From Lingula anatina (Eukaryota > Animalia > Brachiopoda): DNA of 64,000 nucleotides. The notes under the pieces were generated by a model. It saw only the letters and a list, made by a program, of their open reading frames with translations, was not told the origin of the DNA and searched no databases. Within the stretch, counting starts at the first letter, position 1; each line of letters begins with the position of its first letter. Location of the stretch: the NCBI GenBank assembly GCA_051362555.1, contig CM120645.1, positions 4,464,001 through 4,528,000 on the forward strand, given 5' to 3'. The translations under genes were made by a program, and so were the position numbers. Positions 18,648 through 33,018 of this stretch are shown here, one piece after another.

Positions 18648-21600
18648 TCACTTGGTGAGGATTTCTTTGACAGCTTTGACGATACAGTCTGGACCAATAC
18701 CAAACATCTCCATTAACTGGTCTGAAGGACCACTGCGCGGAACGCCTGTCACTGCCAGTTTCTTCACCACCACATTGCGCTCTCCCTCCAATGCAGATAA
18801 AACTGCCTCCCCAAGTCCCCCTGAAAAGAACAAATTGATTTGAAATCATAAAAATAAATAATATTTATAATGTATATTATAACAGTGTTTATCTTGTATT
18901 TGTGCATAACAATGTTTTGCGTTGTACTTTATCACCATTTCTGTGATGCATTTGCTTTGAGCTTAGTTTTCATACAAATGAATACGAAAAATTAAAATAT
19001 GATCACTCAAGTAAATTTTCTGTCAGGTTAATTTCATCCTTCACATATGTCACAAATGAACCATCTGCTGGAAATTAAAAAAAAAAAACCTCTCACATTT
19101 GTTAGCATTTATCAGTTTTCAATTCTGGCAAAAAAAATTCTGTCATTTTTTCAAATGGGCTACTAAGCTGAAATTTTCCCAATTTAAAGTACACAAGATC
19201 CAATATCTTATTGGTCTTGTCTACTTTCACCTACTTTCCATTTTTTTTTTTTTTTTGTGAAACCTGAGAGATCTTTAAGTGATAGGCCTAGTACTAGCAT
19301 GAAGGCAATTTTGCATGGTCATCAGCACCCCCTACCTTCAGGATAGTGGTCCTCTACAGTAATCACTCTGCCATCTGTTTCCTTGGCACACTGGATGATG
19401 GTGGCGGCATCTATAGGTTTGACAGTGAAGGGATCCACAACACGGATATTGATGTTGCTATCTGCCAATTTGTCAGCGGCTTTAAGGGCATTGTGGAGAG
19501 TAATACCAGCGCCTATGATTGTCACATGGTCTTTGTCCGATTTTCTTACAACCTGCAATAAAAGGAACCAATTATCAGATAAAAAAATTAATGAAATATA
19601 ATGAGACAGAGAGCACTGTGATAGTGCATACCCAGTACATCCTGACACTTCCGCCCCTTTTGCTGGGAAAAATCGCTCTGGTTAAAATTTTATCTAGGTA
19701 CATGAAGTTTTTTTGGGAAAAGGTCCACTTTTTCAAAAGAAGAACCCCCCTTTTGAAACTGCTGGCTACAGGCCTGAAGATCCAATATCGACTGAGCTTA
19801 AAACCACCAGGAAGGACTGGCAGAGCAGAAGAACAAAAGGCCAAAGCAGAAAAGCACTGACATCCACATCTTATACAAACCATCGAAACCACCGACACCA
19901 TCCCCACCAACAATGAAATAATGGAATAGATGACAATCTCCATCCTAAAGATGAACGATAAGAAGAGGAACCACACTAGTGCCAGCAAAGCCAGACAAAA
20001 AATTACAGCAGGAAGAAAAGCTGCAGAATAAAAAACAGAGACTCCTGCTCCATTTCCAAACATCCCCACTCAACTGACCCAAGAAAAGCTAAAACCTTTA
20101 ACATGCTAAAAAGTAAAGGATATATTATTCAAACTGCAAGAGAGAGTATGGAAGGGAGCGATGTTAAAAAGCCCAAGTTAAGGGTCTATAGATAACTTAA
20201 TAGTGGAAAATTATGTAAAGTATAATTTAAAACCGACAGAAAGATCAATCATGGCCAAGTTCAGATCAGGAGTTCTTTCATTATATGTGGAAACAGGCCG
20301 ATTTGTTAACAAAAAAATTAGAAGATAGACTCTGTATTCTCTGTAACGATAAAAAAGTAGAAGATGAGTAGAATTTTTATTTGAATGCCCAATCTCAGAA
20401 AAAAATGGTGTGAAAAAGTGAAATTGGGCAATCGTTTCTATCATGACCCTGAGGAGGTTAAAGAGAGACCTCAAGTGCTTTTTACAGAATTTCATAGAAG
20501 CACAGCGAGGTTTCTCTTTAACGGCTTTCAGGTCAGAAAGAAGTTGCTATATAATTAATGTTAAAACGGGCAACTTTGTAAGCCCATAGGGCTGGGCCGA
20601 TACATTTATATTCATATAATTGTATTATATTTGTATAAATTAGGTATTGTCAGGAAAATAAACCTATTTGACTATATAGCAAAAACACAGTGATCTACAA
20701 TCTCACTCAGTAAGTAGCTCCAGTGAATATACTGGTACCTTATTGGTGAAAAGGACAAGATAGGATGGAAAGGACCCTCCATCACTGAAAAGATATTATC
20801 TTTCTGTATTGAGTGAAGCTAAAATATTCAATATTTGTCACAGACGATGACAGGCTTATGCCCTGAAGGGACAGAAACATCTCCTTGTGGATTAAGGCAC
20901 ATTAAGCTGCTACTAAACAACCTCAGCACTCAAGTTACACAGGGAAGAAGAATTGACACCAAATTGTATTTGCAGGGAGCCTCCCAGGTGCACATTCATG
21001 ACCCAGGCAGAGAGTTGGCACAGCTTCATTGTCTATTACAGAGGTCACCTCATAGGGATATCTTACTAGACAGCTCACCAAGCAAAAGTCAATATAGAAA
21101 TGACAACAACACAGTGATCTGCAATCTCACTCAGTAAGAAGAATCAGCACATACTTTGATAGCATAGCATACTTTAATACTTGGAATTATATATTTTCTC
21201 ATTTTATCACAAAAAAAATTCATTGTTTAGGTTGTTTCTTTTATAACCAGCATTAATTATTTTAATTGTTTTACTCACCTCAGCTTTTAGTATTTTCTAC
21301 AATTACTTGTAAATCCGATAATTTTATTTGTAAACAGCTCTGTGACGGAAGTGTAGTGCGGTTTAAAAAAAAAAAATAATAATAATAATTATTATTATTA
21401 TTAAAGTAATGTGAAAATAAAATACAGCTACCTTAATCACTTATGACATAGTGAGATGATATGGTGGATACCTTAATACATCTCACACACCCACCTTTGC
21501 CTGACCAACACGGAACTCCTCGTTGTTATCGTACAGGGTTGCCGTGCCTGGGCGACTTGTGCGGATAAAACAGATCCCCTTGGTGTTGGCCGCCAGTTCC

Positions 21601-24600
21601 ACCGCACGCTCACAAGACACCGCGTCACTTGGGTAGAACACGGTGGCTGTTGGGATAGCTCTGAACATGGCTATGTCTTCTAGAGCCATCTGAGAGGGGC
21701 CGTCCTCACCTGAAAGACTTTGTATCATAATATTTCCAGTCTATACACAATAATATATTTTAATGGGGCGATTCTTGACAATGACAAGTCTCTTTTTTAT
21801 CACCAGAAGCTTCAGAGGCCTAAAGAACACCTTCCTTCAAAACTTTGTATCATACAATTCCGCCAGCACGCTTACCAATTGAGACACCACAGTGAGACCC
21901 GCAGAGATTTACGTTACTCTGAGATATGGCTGCCATTCGGATTTGATCGTAAGCACGGCTCAGGAAACATGCAAAGGAGCTGGCAAAAGCCACTGTGCGA
22001 TCACGAGTTGCACATCCAATGGCCACGCCCACCAGGTTCTGTTCTGCTATGAAACATTCCACGAAGCGATCTGGACAGGCTTTCTGCAACATGAAGCAAT
22101 AACATATATAACAACGATGCACTAACAAATACAGCATACATGTAATAATTTTTCGATGAATTTGCAGCATGTTTCAAATAAGGCCCATGAACATGCATGC
22201 GTGTGTGCCTCCCTCTATCAAAGTACTTTCTATACCTGTTCAAATTGTGATATGCCTTAAAACCTAAACCACCAGTTGCAGAGGAGATAGGGCAGATATT
22301 TAGGGCAAAGTTATGCTCATTTTCCCACCAGAGGCCCTTACGGAGTAATTTCATTCACAGCATACTTAAAAAAAGTATTGTATACAAAATTTACAAATGA
22401 AAGACTATACCTGAAAGGTCAAAGCAAATGTGGAGTTTTTCACATCCCCATCCATTGCTACTACTGCTGTATTGGCTTTTCCTAGCTTGGCCAGGCCTGT
22501 GCCATAAGCCTGACGTGTAGCTACCTAAAACATGGTAAAATATAAAACGTGTACAAATACCATTATATAAATGCATGTTATCCAATTATTGACCTTTAGT
22601 CTGCAAAACTACATACTGACTGAAAGAAAAATACAAACTGACAAACTTATTTCAATTGCAGACATGTAATACTTTAATGTGGTAAGACTAAAGTAGGAAT
22701 AGAAGAAATGGTTTGGTGGTCTTATTACCAAGGTCTGGGTCAGATAAACGCAAATTTCTGATTGAAAATGGACCGCGGACCAAAAAAAAAGCATGTCTGA
22801 GAATGGTGATAGCATAAAAAGAATCTGAAGGTATTTTTCTTAACACATTTGTTAGTAAGTAAACATTTTCATTTCTTCTTAAAATTCATTCCACTGTTTT
22901 AGTCCAAGTGCGCTACATATCACTGGCTTTCTTTCATTGGCCTGTTTACGTAACCTTGCATCATTTGTCCTTCACAACAGCTGTTCTTTTATACAACATG
23001 TACAAGATAAATATGTCCTCTTATTTTTTACCTTTTGTCCCTTGTTCTTTTCTACAACAAGTACAGGATAACATCAAATACTTCCCATTATTTTTGTACC
23101 TTTTGTCCCTTGCTATAAGCTGGAGGCTCTGACATCTTCAACCCAGTGGTGTTCACATTTGGCGCCTTTTTGACTGGGGAATCTGGCCTGATATTATGAA
23201 GAGAATTATTCACGATCACTTTCTCCACAGCGGCCAGGACTGCGTCTCCCTTCCCTCCCAATGGCTTTCCATGCCAGTTCTCTTCATCCTCAATACCTGG
23301 AAGTCAATTGTGTCAATAAAATTGAGAAAAAAAGACCAGTATTATGGTGTCCAAAACAAAATTCAGTTCATGTTAGCTAGCTGACAGACCTACTTGGATA
23401 TTGCTGAGGGGATCAGGCCACAAGGATAATTTTTTGATTTCAAATGTTAAATTATGCTCAGCAGTATTACACAATATTCTCATGCATTTGTAGAGATGAA
23501 ATAGTACGGTTTGGTTATCAATTTTTCTCTTTTCATTGATAACAATGATTTTTGGGGAGAGGTAGACTGGGGAACCTCAGAAACCAAGAGGAAGGCATAG
23601 ACACTCACCAGCTGTGCCCTCCCCTGCACCCACCACAGAGTTCAGGGTGATATCCCTCACTCCATTTCACTTCTAATACTCATCGATTCTGGTCATCACT
23701 CTGTTTAAAACACCTGAGAACCCCTTACTGTTATACACATGTGAACCCCTAAAGACTTAAATGTTACATACCGGGAAACCTCTTATTACACACAAGGGCA
23801 CCCCTTGTTGCAAACATGGGAACCCCTTGTTACATACCTGGGAACCCCTTGTTAACATACCTGGGAACCCCTTGTTAACATACCTGGGAACCCCTTGTTA
23901 CATACCTGGGAACCCCTTGTTAACATACCTGGGAACCCCTTGCCCTTGTAAGTTTTTGCAATGACACAAGTTGGTATGCCCTTCACAGTGGTGGCAGTGT
24001 GGAAAACCTTGGTAAGAGCCTCCACATCATGACCATCTATAACTACAGTGTTCCAGCTGAAAAGGCATTCAATAAAAGTGTAAAAAAACTCAGTAAATCA
24101 GCTGTAAAGAAATCATGAAATATCTTGTTAAATCTCGCAACAAAAATGCATCAACCAATATAAATATTTTATTTATTTGGCACTGCATTTTTTTCTTATT
24201 TTTACTGTGAAAAACCGTGACTTGAAAGTAAAAAATATTAATTTTCAACTTATTTCACTTGATCATAGGTATTAATTTAATATCATTGCAGGAAAACTAT
24301 GATTGTTTCAAAGTTATGCCCCTCCCTTAATTTCCATCTTGAAAAAAAAAAAACAACTTTAGTTTGCTTTTAAATTACTATCCTTCTATTACTTAAAAGC
24401 CCAGGCAACATACGAGACAGATTATTGATATAAAATGAAATTACCCATAAGCCTCTGCTCTTCTCTTGTAGACATCAATGTCATGCTGGAATGCTGTAGG
24501 CTCACTCTGACCCAGGCGGTTGACGTCAAAGATGGCGACCAAGTTGTCTAGTTTATAATACGATCCAAATGACATGGCCTCCCAAATAGAACCTTCTGCA

Positions 24601-27600
24601 CTCTCACCGTCTCCAATGAGGCAGTAGACACGATAGCTGCAAAAGAATTATCACCAACAACCTAAAACACTAAAACTGGTCCTACTGGTACACCAATGAG
24701 TACTTTTCTACAAGTTTTCCTACTTCATATTTCCAACTGACAAGTCATATCTTTGTGTTTTGTTTGTAAGATTTATTCAAGTTTAGAACCTACGTGTATA
24801 TATTATTTTCATGGAAAACATTCATCATATATTTTTACACAGTTATATCATTTATCATTATTACCATTTTTTACAGCATAAAAGCCAGTTCATAACTTAC
24901 TCAGTCTTGTCAAAATATTTCCCAGTGTAGGCCATGCCAGCAGCACAACTCAGACCCTGCCCCAGGGAACCTGTGGCCACGTCTACAAAGTTCAGGCGCT
25001 GAAGGGGGTCAAAGAGCATTCTTTATAACTTAAAGGTATTATTCTGCCTTAAATGTACAGAAAATTAACTGAATTTTCTTTTTCTAAATTAAGATCATTT
25101 TTAGTAAATGGTAAAGATTTCAGGTCGCAAATATTCTTTTCTCCCAAACTAATAAGTCTCAATGCAGATACTTTTATAAATCAATATGACATCTTCAGTC
25201 TGCATTGACTTCACTAGAAAAATGTGCACACTGCCCTTTTTATTAAGAGCACACAATAATTTTATATATATATATAGGTAAAAGTATACTTCAACTTAAA
25301 ACTGTGTGTGTGTGAGTGTGTGCATGTGTGTGTGCATGCGTGCGTCTTAACATTCTACTCACGGGGGTAGGATGTCCCTCCAAGTCACAGTCTATTTTTC
25401 TCAGGTTCATGAGATCTTCTACAGGGAACAGTCCGGTCTCTGCCCAGGCGGCATACAGAGCAGGGGCAGCATGACCCTTATGAAATAAAATTAATAATAA
25501 TAGTAATAATAATACATACATAATGGTAGTCCCTGCATCCAGGGAAAAGTTTCTGTGAGCTACTGCTTCATATATATGGCTATTGTACAGAGTCCAATTC
25601 TGGATTTGCAATGCAATGACTTAGCTGGCACATGGCACACACACAGAAAACAAGTCCTCCCGTGCTCTGGGGCACTTATGAAACTATTAACTAAACTATT
25701 TAACATGACTTCTAAGGCAAATTAAACCAATATTTAAAATTCAGAATGATAGGTTTACTACATGTACACATTTTATGTTTCTAGTTCCATGTATAATTAG
25801 CTTGTTAGTAAGTTAGTTAGGTTGGTTTGTCTGTTTGTTAACAACGTTTTGCAAAAAGCTTATGGAATTTTTTTTAATTCAATTTATTTATGAAATTCAA
25901 AAACATGAGATGAACTGGGAACTGTTGGCATCATTTGAAAATGTCACGACATCACCAATTCAAGTCGACCACTGAACTGCACATTTGTAGTGCAAATGCC
26001 ACATAATAACTTTGTTGTAATTCTGAGACAACATGTACGTTTCATTTTACTAAACAATCACCAAATGCTATAAATGAATGGCCATGCTGAAAGCTCTCTT
26101 TGTGCGTGCTTGCGTGCTATGTCATACGCCATATTAAGGTTTGCAATTCATTAAATTCCTGATCACAAAACTCATCACCCAAGATATTGCTTTCACAGGC
26201 ATAAGTTAGGCTGTCCAGAAAGAAAGGTATTGGTTTCATTTTCTATACAATGGAATATAGGTGTGACAATGTAAAAGGATGATACTGACAGGTACTGGTG
26301 TTACCACATTCAACATTCAAAATTTTAAGCTATATTACTTGTGTTTCATCGTGTGTATACGTGAGCACACACACACACACACACTCAGGAAAAACGTCCA
26401 GAAAGAATTACAAAATGTAGTTCATTCAATCCTTTTTGGCTGGGAAAGATCCAACACCAATTAAACTTCAAATTTGATCTTCGTTCTATGCCATTACAGA
26501 CAAAAAAAATCTGTCCATTTTTTCCACCTTCAAATTGCTACCTCCAGCAGGGGCAGATTTAGGCCGTCTTCTGGGTCTTCCGGAAGACGGTCAGATTTTT
26601 AACATTACATTGACAGGCATCTATTTTTTCTGTCGGAAGACGGTCAAAAATGGAGGATGGATCAACAAAGAAAATTTGGAAGACTCTCAGAAAATATCTC
26701 TGGATCCGCCCCTGTCCAGGCCTGCTGCAGGACTTACTGGCAACAGACATGAAATAATAGCTCAACATTCAATTTGCATTAACTCATTAATTCAGCATTA
26801 TTTAATAATCCAAGTGCCAGCTTGCAACTATGAAGGTGCCTTGAATTAATAAACAAATTGCATATCTCATCTGGAAGTAATATTCCATATTACTTACTAA
26901 GTTTATTGGCAACAGAAGGGGAATTGAGGTATAACAAAGTTATCTGTTCATCATCATAGGGTCATTATATAATGGAGAGTTTGAAAGATATTAAAGATAT
27001 CAAGAACAATTTCAGTTACATGTATCCGAGCATGTAATTACAAAGCAATGCACTGTAAATATATCCTGTGTTTGCATGTGGTTTTAAATTTTGGGGAGGT
27101 TAATTCATAAAAAATTGAGCAAAATTCCACATTTTAAATGCCGAAAATTTATCTGCTTTATTAATTTAATGAAATTTTACTTGATAGTACTATATTGGCA
27201 GTAAGTTTAGAGTTTTAAATAAAAATTAAGCTTTTGAAACATACTTGAAACTCTAAATGCAAATTTATTAACAGTGAACAAAGGTATTAAAAACAATTTT
27301 AAAAATGACTGTATTACAGGTTTAACCTTAATAAACTCTTAGAAAAGATGATTTACTGGTCTTAATTATGCATTTCTGTACTACTGAAGTCTTAGTATCA
27401 ATTATTAAGACAATTACCTTATGTGATATATGCCCTGATAAACAGGTACATGTACTAGTACTGTACATATATACTATTATGTGAAATTTAACTGAATCTT
27501 ACAAAATTTAGCAGACAATCTGAGTTCAAAGTTCAGGCATTATTTAAAAATGACCCATATATCACCAATATAGTTTAAAATTAAATCAAGCAACAACACT

Positions 27601-27646
27601 GTAACTGGCATGCACTCATCTTAGTGCGTGCATGCGTGCGTGCATA

Positions 27647-27695
<49 letters not shown>

Positions 27696-29642
27696 AAGAA
27701 AGAGAGTATTTATATTAGACAAATACACTAATGCCGTGGATCAAACAACAACTTATTCATCAATAAAGTAATCGGAAGATCACGCCCCAAAGCTGAAAGT
27801 GGTTTATGCTGCATATCAGCATTGAAAGCTAGGGTCACGTAGGCAGGCTTTTCAAGCACCCAGGTTTTCTTTCATTTTAACCAATCCACTCAGTAAACAA
27901 GTGACCCAGCACTAAGTCAAGTGTCACGACTCTGGCAGTCTTCTTATAATACCTTAGTCAATATGCTCTCTGCATAACCCAACCTTCTCAATCATCCAGA
28001 AATGTATGAAAAGCTAGTCCAGTGATTATCATCTGCAATCAGTCATGGGTTGGATTTCATACAGATTTACTTATGCAGGTGACCGAGCGTATGAATGAGA
28101 TTTTAACCCTGAGGATCATTTTGGACACAAAATGAAACAAGCAGTACGGCTGCATGCCAAACATGAACATCACAAATTTTTCGCATTAAGGGCACACCAT
28201 GAAAGCAAGCTCCAGGTGGCTATACTGATATGGAATGTTGAGACTCAATAGTGAACCATGCTTACTAATTATATGTTTTTTGTAATGTATAAAAATGCCA
28301 CTTCTATGAAATAAGTTTTCTTAATTTTAAATTATCAGAATTGTTGTAGTCTTTACAAATACCCCTCAAAGACCACTTAATTCTGCTCTTTCTAGACTGA
28401 ATCTGTATATTCTTTCACTTAACATTTCAGCATACAAGGCATCTAATTTATTCCCCAAAATGATATCTTTGCATTATGTATCTCTGAAACCCTTACCTTT
28501 GAGAGCACAAATCTATCACTGCTGGGGTCCCTTGGCTCTTCCACCTTGTATTTCATAGTATGGAAGAACAGCACGGACATTATCTCGGCAATGGAAGCAC
28601 ATGATGTAGGATGTCTGAAATCACAGATAATATAATTTCATCATTTTAATAAATAGTACACTGCAAAATGTACCCCCCCCCCAAAAAAAAAAAAAAATAA
28701 TAATAATAATTAAATAAATAAATAAAAAAAGCATTGTGATTGGTCAGAGTTGTTTCTTTTTTTTTCTTACCTAATCATTTGTCTGTTTGCAAATATTAAC
28801 AGATAACAAAGTTTTAATTTTATCTTTAAATCCAAGACACGCTGCTAAAAAAATTATCTGCCAATGATATCTTTGGATACTCCTCTGCAACAATTGCATA
28901 GCCAGGACAGACAACTACTGTATACACTGTACATGTTTTGTCTCTGGACACTAGATCAAAAAGGCTGATTGTCAAACAAGAAAAAGATACGTGGACAATT
29001 TTGTCTTTTTTAAGCAACAGCAACCCTGATTACATGTACCTCCTCCATGTTTGTACAAAGGAAAATAAAACTGCATATCATAATTTGGAAACAATTTATT
29101 TCAGTTGTGATCGGATTTACAGCAATATCAATTCTACAGGCCTTAAAGAGCAGTCTGAGGACATACACATATCTGGACACAGATTGTTCACACCGACACT
29201 ACCCATACATACTATACATGTGTAACATATATAATGATGCACATTCCAAGGCATGACCTTGCACATTTTCATTTCAAGTCACGTTGCATCGTGAAAAGCT
29301 CCCACAGTCCCACTGCTTATAAATAACGCAACTACCGCTTTGACGTATTTAGGAACACCTTACTATTAACGACCGAAACGCTCAAGCTTCCATCGAGCTG
29401 AGCCATATATGCATCGTTTAACCACGTGTGTTTACATTTCTTCCTCTGCACCTAACCTCACCCCCATGTTCGCCGGCGAGACGAATCACGTTAAATACAC
29501 AGTGTCAGCGTTAAAAACAACCATCCAACACCTACCCAGAATTACTGGCGTTCGTTGAACGGATACTGTGCAACCTAATCCGGTTTGCAATGTCCTTAAG
29601 GGCCTGCGTCTTTTTGCTGTCTGGTCTGTGGTAGTCCGCCAT
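18648..29642 (-). CDS. TKT: Transketolase, 12 coding exons, 626 aa
   Basis: Exons 29642-29536, 28614-28497, 25476-25363, 24998-24901, 24636-24445, 24056-23929, 23296-23100, 22524-22411, 22083-21876, 21709-21495, 19552-19336, 18820-18648. All are GT-AG and phase-compatible (1,881 nt). Motifs [43 protein letters not shown]. Confidence 0.97.
20085..20670 (+). mobile_element. Degenerate 3' fragment of a non-LTR retrotransposon in a TKT intron
   Basis: From 20251 it reads [18 protein letters not shown]../.[23 protein letters not shown], the C-terminal zinc-finger region of LINE ORF2, with a frameshift and stop; AATAAA at ~20657. Confidence 0.75.
23763..23942 (-). repeat. 22-23-bp minisatellite made of the TKT exon-6 splice-donor junction
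   Basis: Five perfect ACATACCTGGGAACCCCTTG cores start at 23832, 23855, 23878, 23900 and 23923, plus about three degenerate ones. The minus strand reads CAAGGGGTTCCCAG|GTATGT. Confidence 0.93.
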
Positions 29643-31765
29643 GTTCACGAGGTGCTTGCAGAAAGGAAGAGAGTCTGAACTGTGAAGGGCCAGGGTCACC
29701 GCTAGAGGGCTTAAAATGAATTCAAGATAGCCCCAATCTGAGTCCTGGACTGTTGTGCACGGACTGAATGCGATAGCTGAGATATGCCACATGGAAAAAA
29801 TCCTATCCTTTTTGTAATAATTTCGCAATATTGTGTTTTGACTCTTGCTAATAAATATAACTCAATAAAATCAAAAAATAAATAAAATCAAATTAGTTTG
29901 TGTTGAACATTGTTAAATATTGTTGAATACTGGTTATAATCAAGAAAAAATAGCTACAATTTTGTTGCATTAAATACTGGGCATCACTTTATCTTTAAAA
30001 ACGCATCTTTACTTCCGTTTGTATAAAAATATACTTGTATCAACATACATGTAGAAGTCGTCTAAACTCCAATGCTTGATATCCACGTTTTAAAGAAATA
30101 CTGTATTATCCAACTCTCAAGGGGTTAGGGGTAATAAAAGTGGGCAGGGCCCATTCACTTGAAGGTTGCATTGAAAACTTGAAATATTTCTTTAATGTCA
30201 AATGGTGGATTTACATTTTTTTCACCAATGTTAAAATACAAAGCAACCTCGGGACTTCAGTATTTAAGGGGACAGTGTATATGCATTGTTACCAGTTTTA
30301 CTTCGCATTTATCTATCAGCTTCAGACGTATAGCTATGTAACTGTTACTACATTTTAAAGCTTTTTAACATACAACGCCCATTTTACCGGTATATGTTTA
30401 ATGTACTGTATGTGCTATTCAGTGGCTGATTGTAAATATCGACAAATCTTTACTTTAAATCTCTTAATTTCTTGATTATAATAATTATCATTTTCTGCAA
30501 ACCATCAGTATTAGCACGCTTAAACATGAATTGTGCCAAGATGAAAATAAGCACACAAATTCCCAATTATATATCAAACACCATATCATTCGTATTTCTT
30601 CTTGGATTGCTGCCCTATTAGTGTTAATATAGCTTCTCGGTTAGGATCACTATAATGAACTTGGTCTAGATCTGTTAATCCCTACTTTGACACTCTGATT
30701 GGTACAGTGATCACGTTTTATGGCCGCACACGTTAAGAGGCAAATTTTTTTTTTACTTCATAGACACAATTTTATTAATCTCTTTCATTTCTGTATGCAT
30801 GTATCTTTAGTTTTTTTTATATTTTAAAGTATTAATTTGAAATTGCCGAAAATATTTTTACATAAATAAGCCGTGTGGCTCATAACATCTGTTAATGAAC
30901 GGTATATTAGTACAGGTGCTCTGACATGCATGTAATCAAAAATCTGAAATAGGAAATGGTTTGCTTCATCAACTACAATTACAATAAACGCAAATAAGTC
31001 TACCCGTCCTTGCATTTGGATTCGACATTTTATACCTTTTCTTATAAAACAATTCAGTTCTAAAGAACTGTCCAGTGACTTAGAAAAACGTATTTTCTTG
31101 TACTTTTCAAAAGGAAAAATCAACACCAAGTACATGATTTTTTATTGTTATAAGTGTTTGAATTGGGAAAGATGATCGGGTGGCTCTGCAGGATATTCAT
31201 ACACAGAAAATATTAATCTTAACTGGCAAAGCAGGTTTCCAGTTAATTGCAGTCCCTCTTATATCGTTCACGAAGGTATGATCATAATCCAAACCACGTA
31301 TTCTGGTATCAATTGCATACTAAAGGGCGGGGCTGCAATGTACATGTATTCTGTTTGAGGAATAAATGACACCACCTCTGCCATACCATGAATATGTTTC
31401 CAGGAACCTATTTCATAACACCATATCGATGTCAAGTGGATTTGCTCGAGTATCAAATCATTGGTGTTGTTGGCGAGGCAATGGCAAACACGTTGTCTCT
31501 CGACTTTTTACTTTCTTGAGTACAGACTCATTTAACATGCTGTCTTGCGTCACGTCTGAGATGGGGCGGTGGGACATTAAAGACACTGGCTCTGAAGGCA
31601 ACGGATATATGCAAATATTTTTGCATTTTTGGTGTACAGTGTATTCTGAATATTAGGGAAAAAGTGCCGTGATGACAGGAGGACGGTTGTATTCGTCTTG
31701 ACGAGGAAGGGATTGGTGGTATAAACATTCTGCCATGAATTGAACTTGGTTCATATTTTAACACG

Positions 31766-32821
31766 ATGGAAACTTCGTTGCGTTTATGCAGTGGTTTACT
31801 AGTGGACTGTAACCAGACCTTAAATGCGGATAGTTTTAATGAAACTACAGAAAAAATCCCAACGCACGGAAAAACGGATTTCAACTTATACACTTTTTGT
31901 GTCTCAGGAGTATTCAACGGTTTGATTTGCACGCTGGGATTCATTTTCAACATTTTGTCGTTTTTAGTATTTAAAAAAGGGAAAACACAAACACCAAATG
32001 CATATTTGTTGTCATGGGTTGCAGTCACGGACAATATTGTTCTCCTTACCTCGACCATCATTTCAGTTCTGCCAGCTTTCCATGTATATTACGGATGGTT
32101 GGAATGGTACTTTACTTACAGTCAGAAATATACCAAGTTCGTTTTTCCAATATATCGCAGTGCAAGGCAGATGTCCCTTTATTTTCTTATCATGGTGGCT
32201 TATGACAGATATTTAGCTTTAGCCAAGCCTATTAAAAGCATGAAGACCCGTTCTGTGTCAAAGTGGAGGTGCCGATCACACGTAATGATAGTAGGGGTTT
32301 TATTATACAGCATTCCAAAGTTCTTTGATCATGAATTTGTAGGTTATGCGCCTTGTCCAACTCATTCGGATGGTATTTGTCAAAAGACTGAAATCAAGAA
32401 CTGGGGAAATGTTTATAAAGTGATGTGCCGAATAATACCCACGGTAGTTCTGGAACTTTTTGGACCAGCTGTGATCAACACAACGCTGTACGTTAAAATT
32501 CGGGCAGCTGTGAGGAAAAACGAGGAATCTCGCTCCAAAATGATTCTGCGGTCGCGAAACAATCAATCGAATAAACTTACAAAGGTCATCACCACTCTTC
32601 TGGTATTTTACTTGCTGTCTGTAATACCTCTGTCTATTTATTTCCCATTATATTTTTTGCGAGACCAGATTGCAGATTTCGGGTTCCATTATGCCCTGGA
32701 TGCCATGACGGCACCAATGCTGTGTTTAAGTGCTATGAACGCAGCAGTCAACTTTTTTGTCTACGGAATCATAGGTTCAGCCTTTAGACGCGACATGAGG
32801 GATCTTCTATGTCTTAAATAA
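31766..32821 (+). CDS. Intronless rhodopsin-class GPCR, FMRFamide/peptide-receptor-like (copy 1, intact)
   Basis: 351 aa with seven hydrophobic segments, YL..VAVTD in TM2, YDRY at the end of TM3, YSIPKFF and NAAVNFFVY in TM7. Confidence 0.88.
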   Translation: METSLRLCSGLLVDCNQTLNADSFNETTEKIPTHGKTDFNLYTFCVSGVFNGLICTLGFIFNILSFLVFKKGKTQTPNAYLLSWVAVTDNIVLLTSTIISVLPAFHVYYGWLEWYFTYSQKYTKFVFPIYRSARQMSLYFLIMVAYDRYLALAKPIKSMKTRSVSKWRCRSHVMIVGVLLYSIPKFFDHEFVGYAPCPTHSDGICQKTEIKNWGNVYKVMCRIIPTVVLELFGPAVINTTLYVKIRAAVRKNEESRSKMILRSRNNQSNKLTKVITTLLVFYLLSVIPLSIYFPLYFLRDQIADFGFHYALDAMTAPMLCLSAMNAAVNFFVYGIIGSAFRRDMRDLLCLK

Positions 32822-32975
32822 GGTCATGGGTTTTTGCAGTATTATATCAGCATACAATTTCTGAGAGACATTAAGCTTTTATATAATTGCAGGCTAAGAT
32901 TTCCTTTGAAATAACAAGCTTAAGGAGAGTAAGCAGAAATGTGAGTAGTTTGCAAATTTATGCTTAATCAAGGTT

Positions 32976-33018
<43 letters not shown>

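Noticed and set aside
19575-20069. 164-aa hydrophobic ORF inside a TKT intron
   Set aside because: Non-ATG start; hydrophobicity follows from being antisense to A-rich repeat-derived DNA, and it runs across an unrelated repeat.
23763-23942. Minisatellite as a CRISPR-like array or as the 67-aa plus-strand ORF
   Set aside because: No unique spacers; the ORF is just the translated repeat, antisense to TKT.
31528-32061. Antisense and alternate-frame ORFs repeated in all GPCR units
   Set aside because: They recur only because the DNA is recently duplicated; lengths differ between copies and no domain is recognisable.
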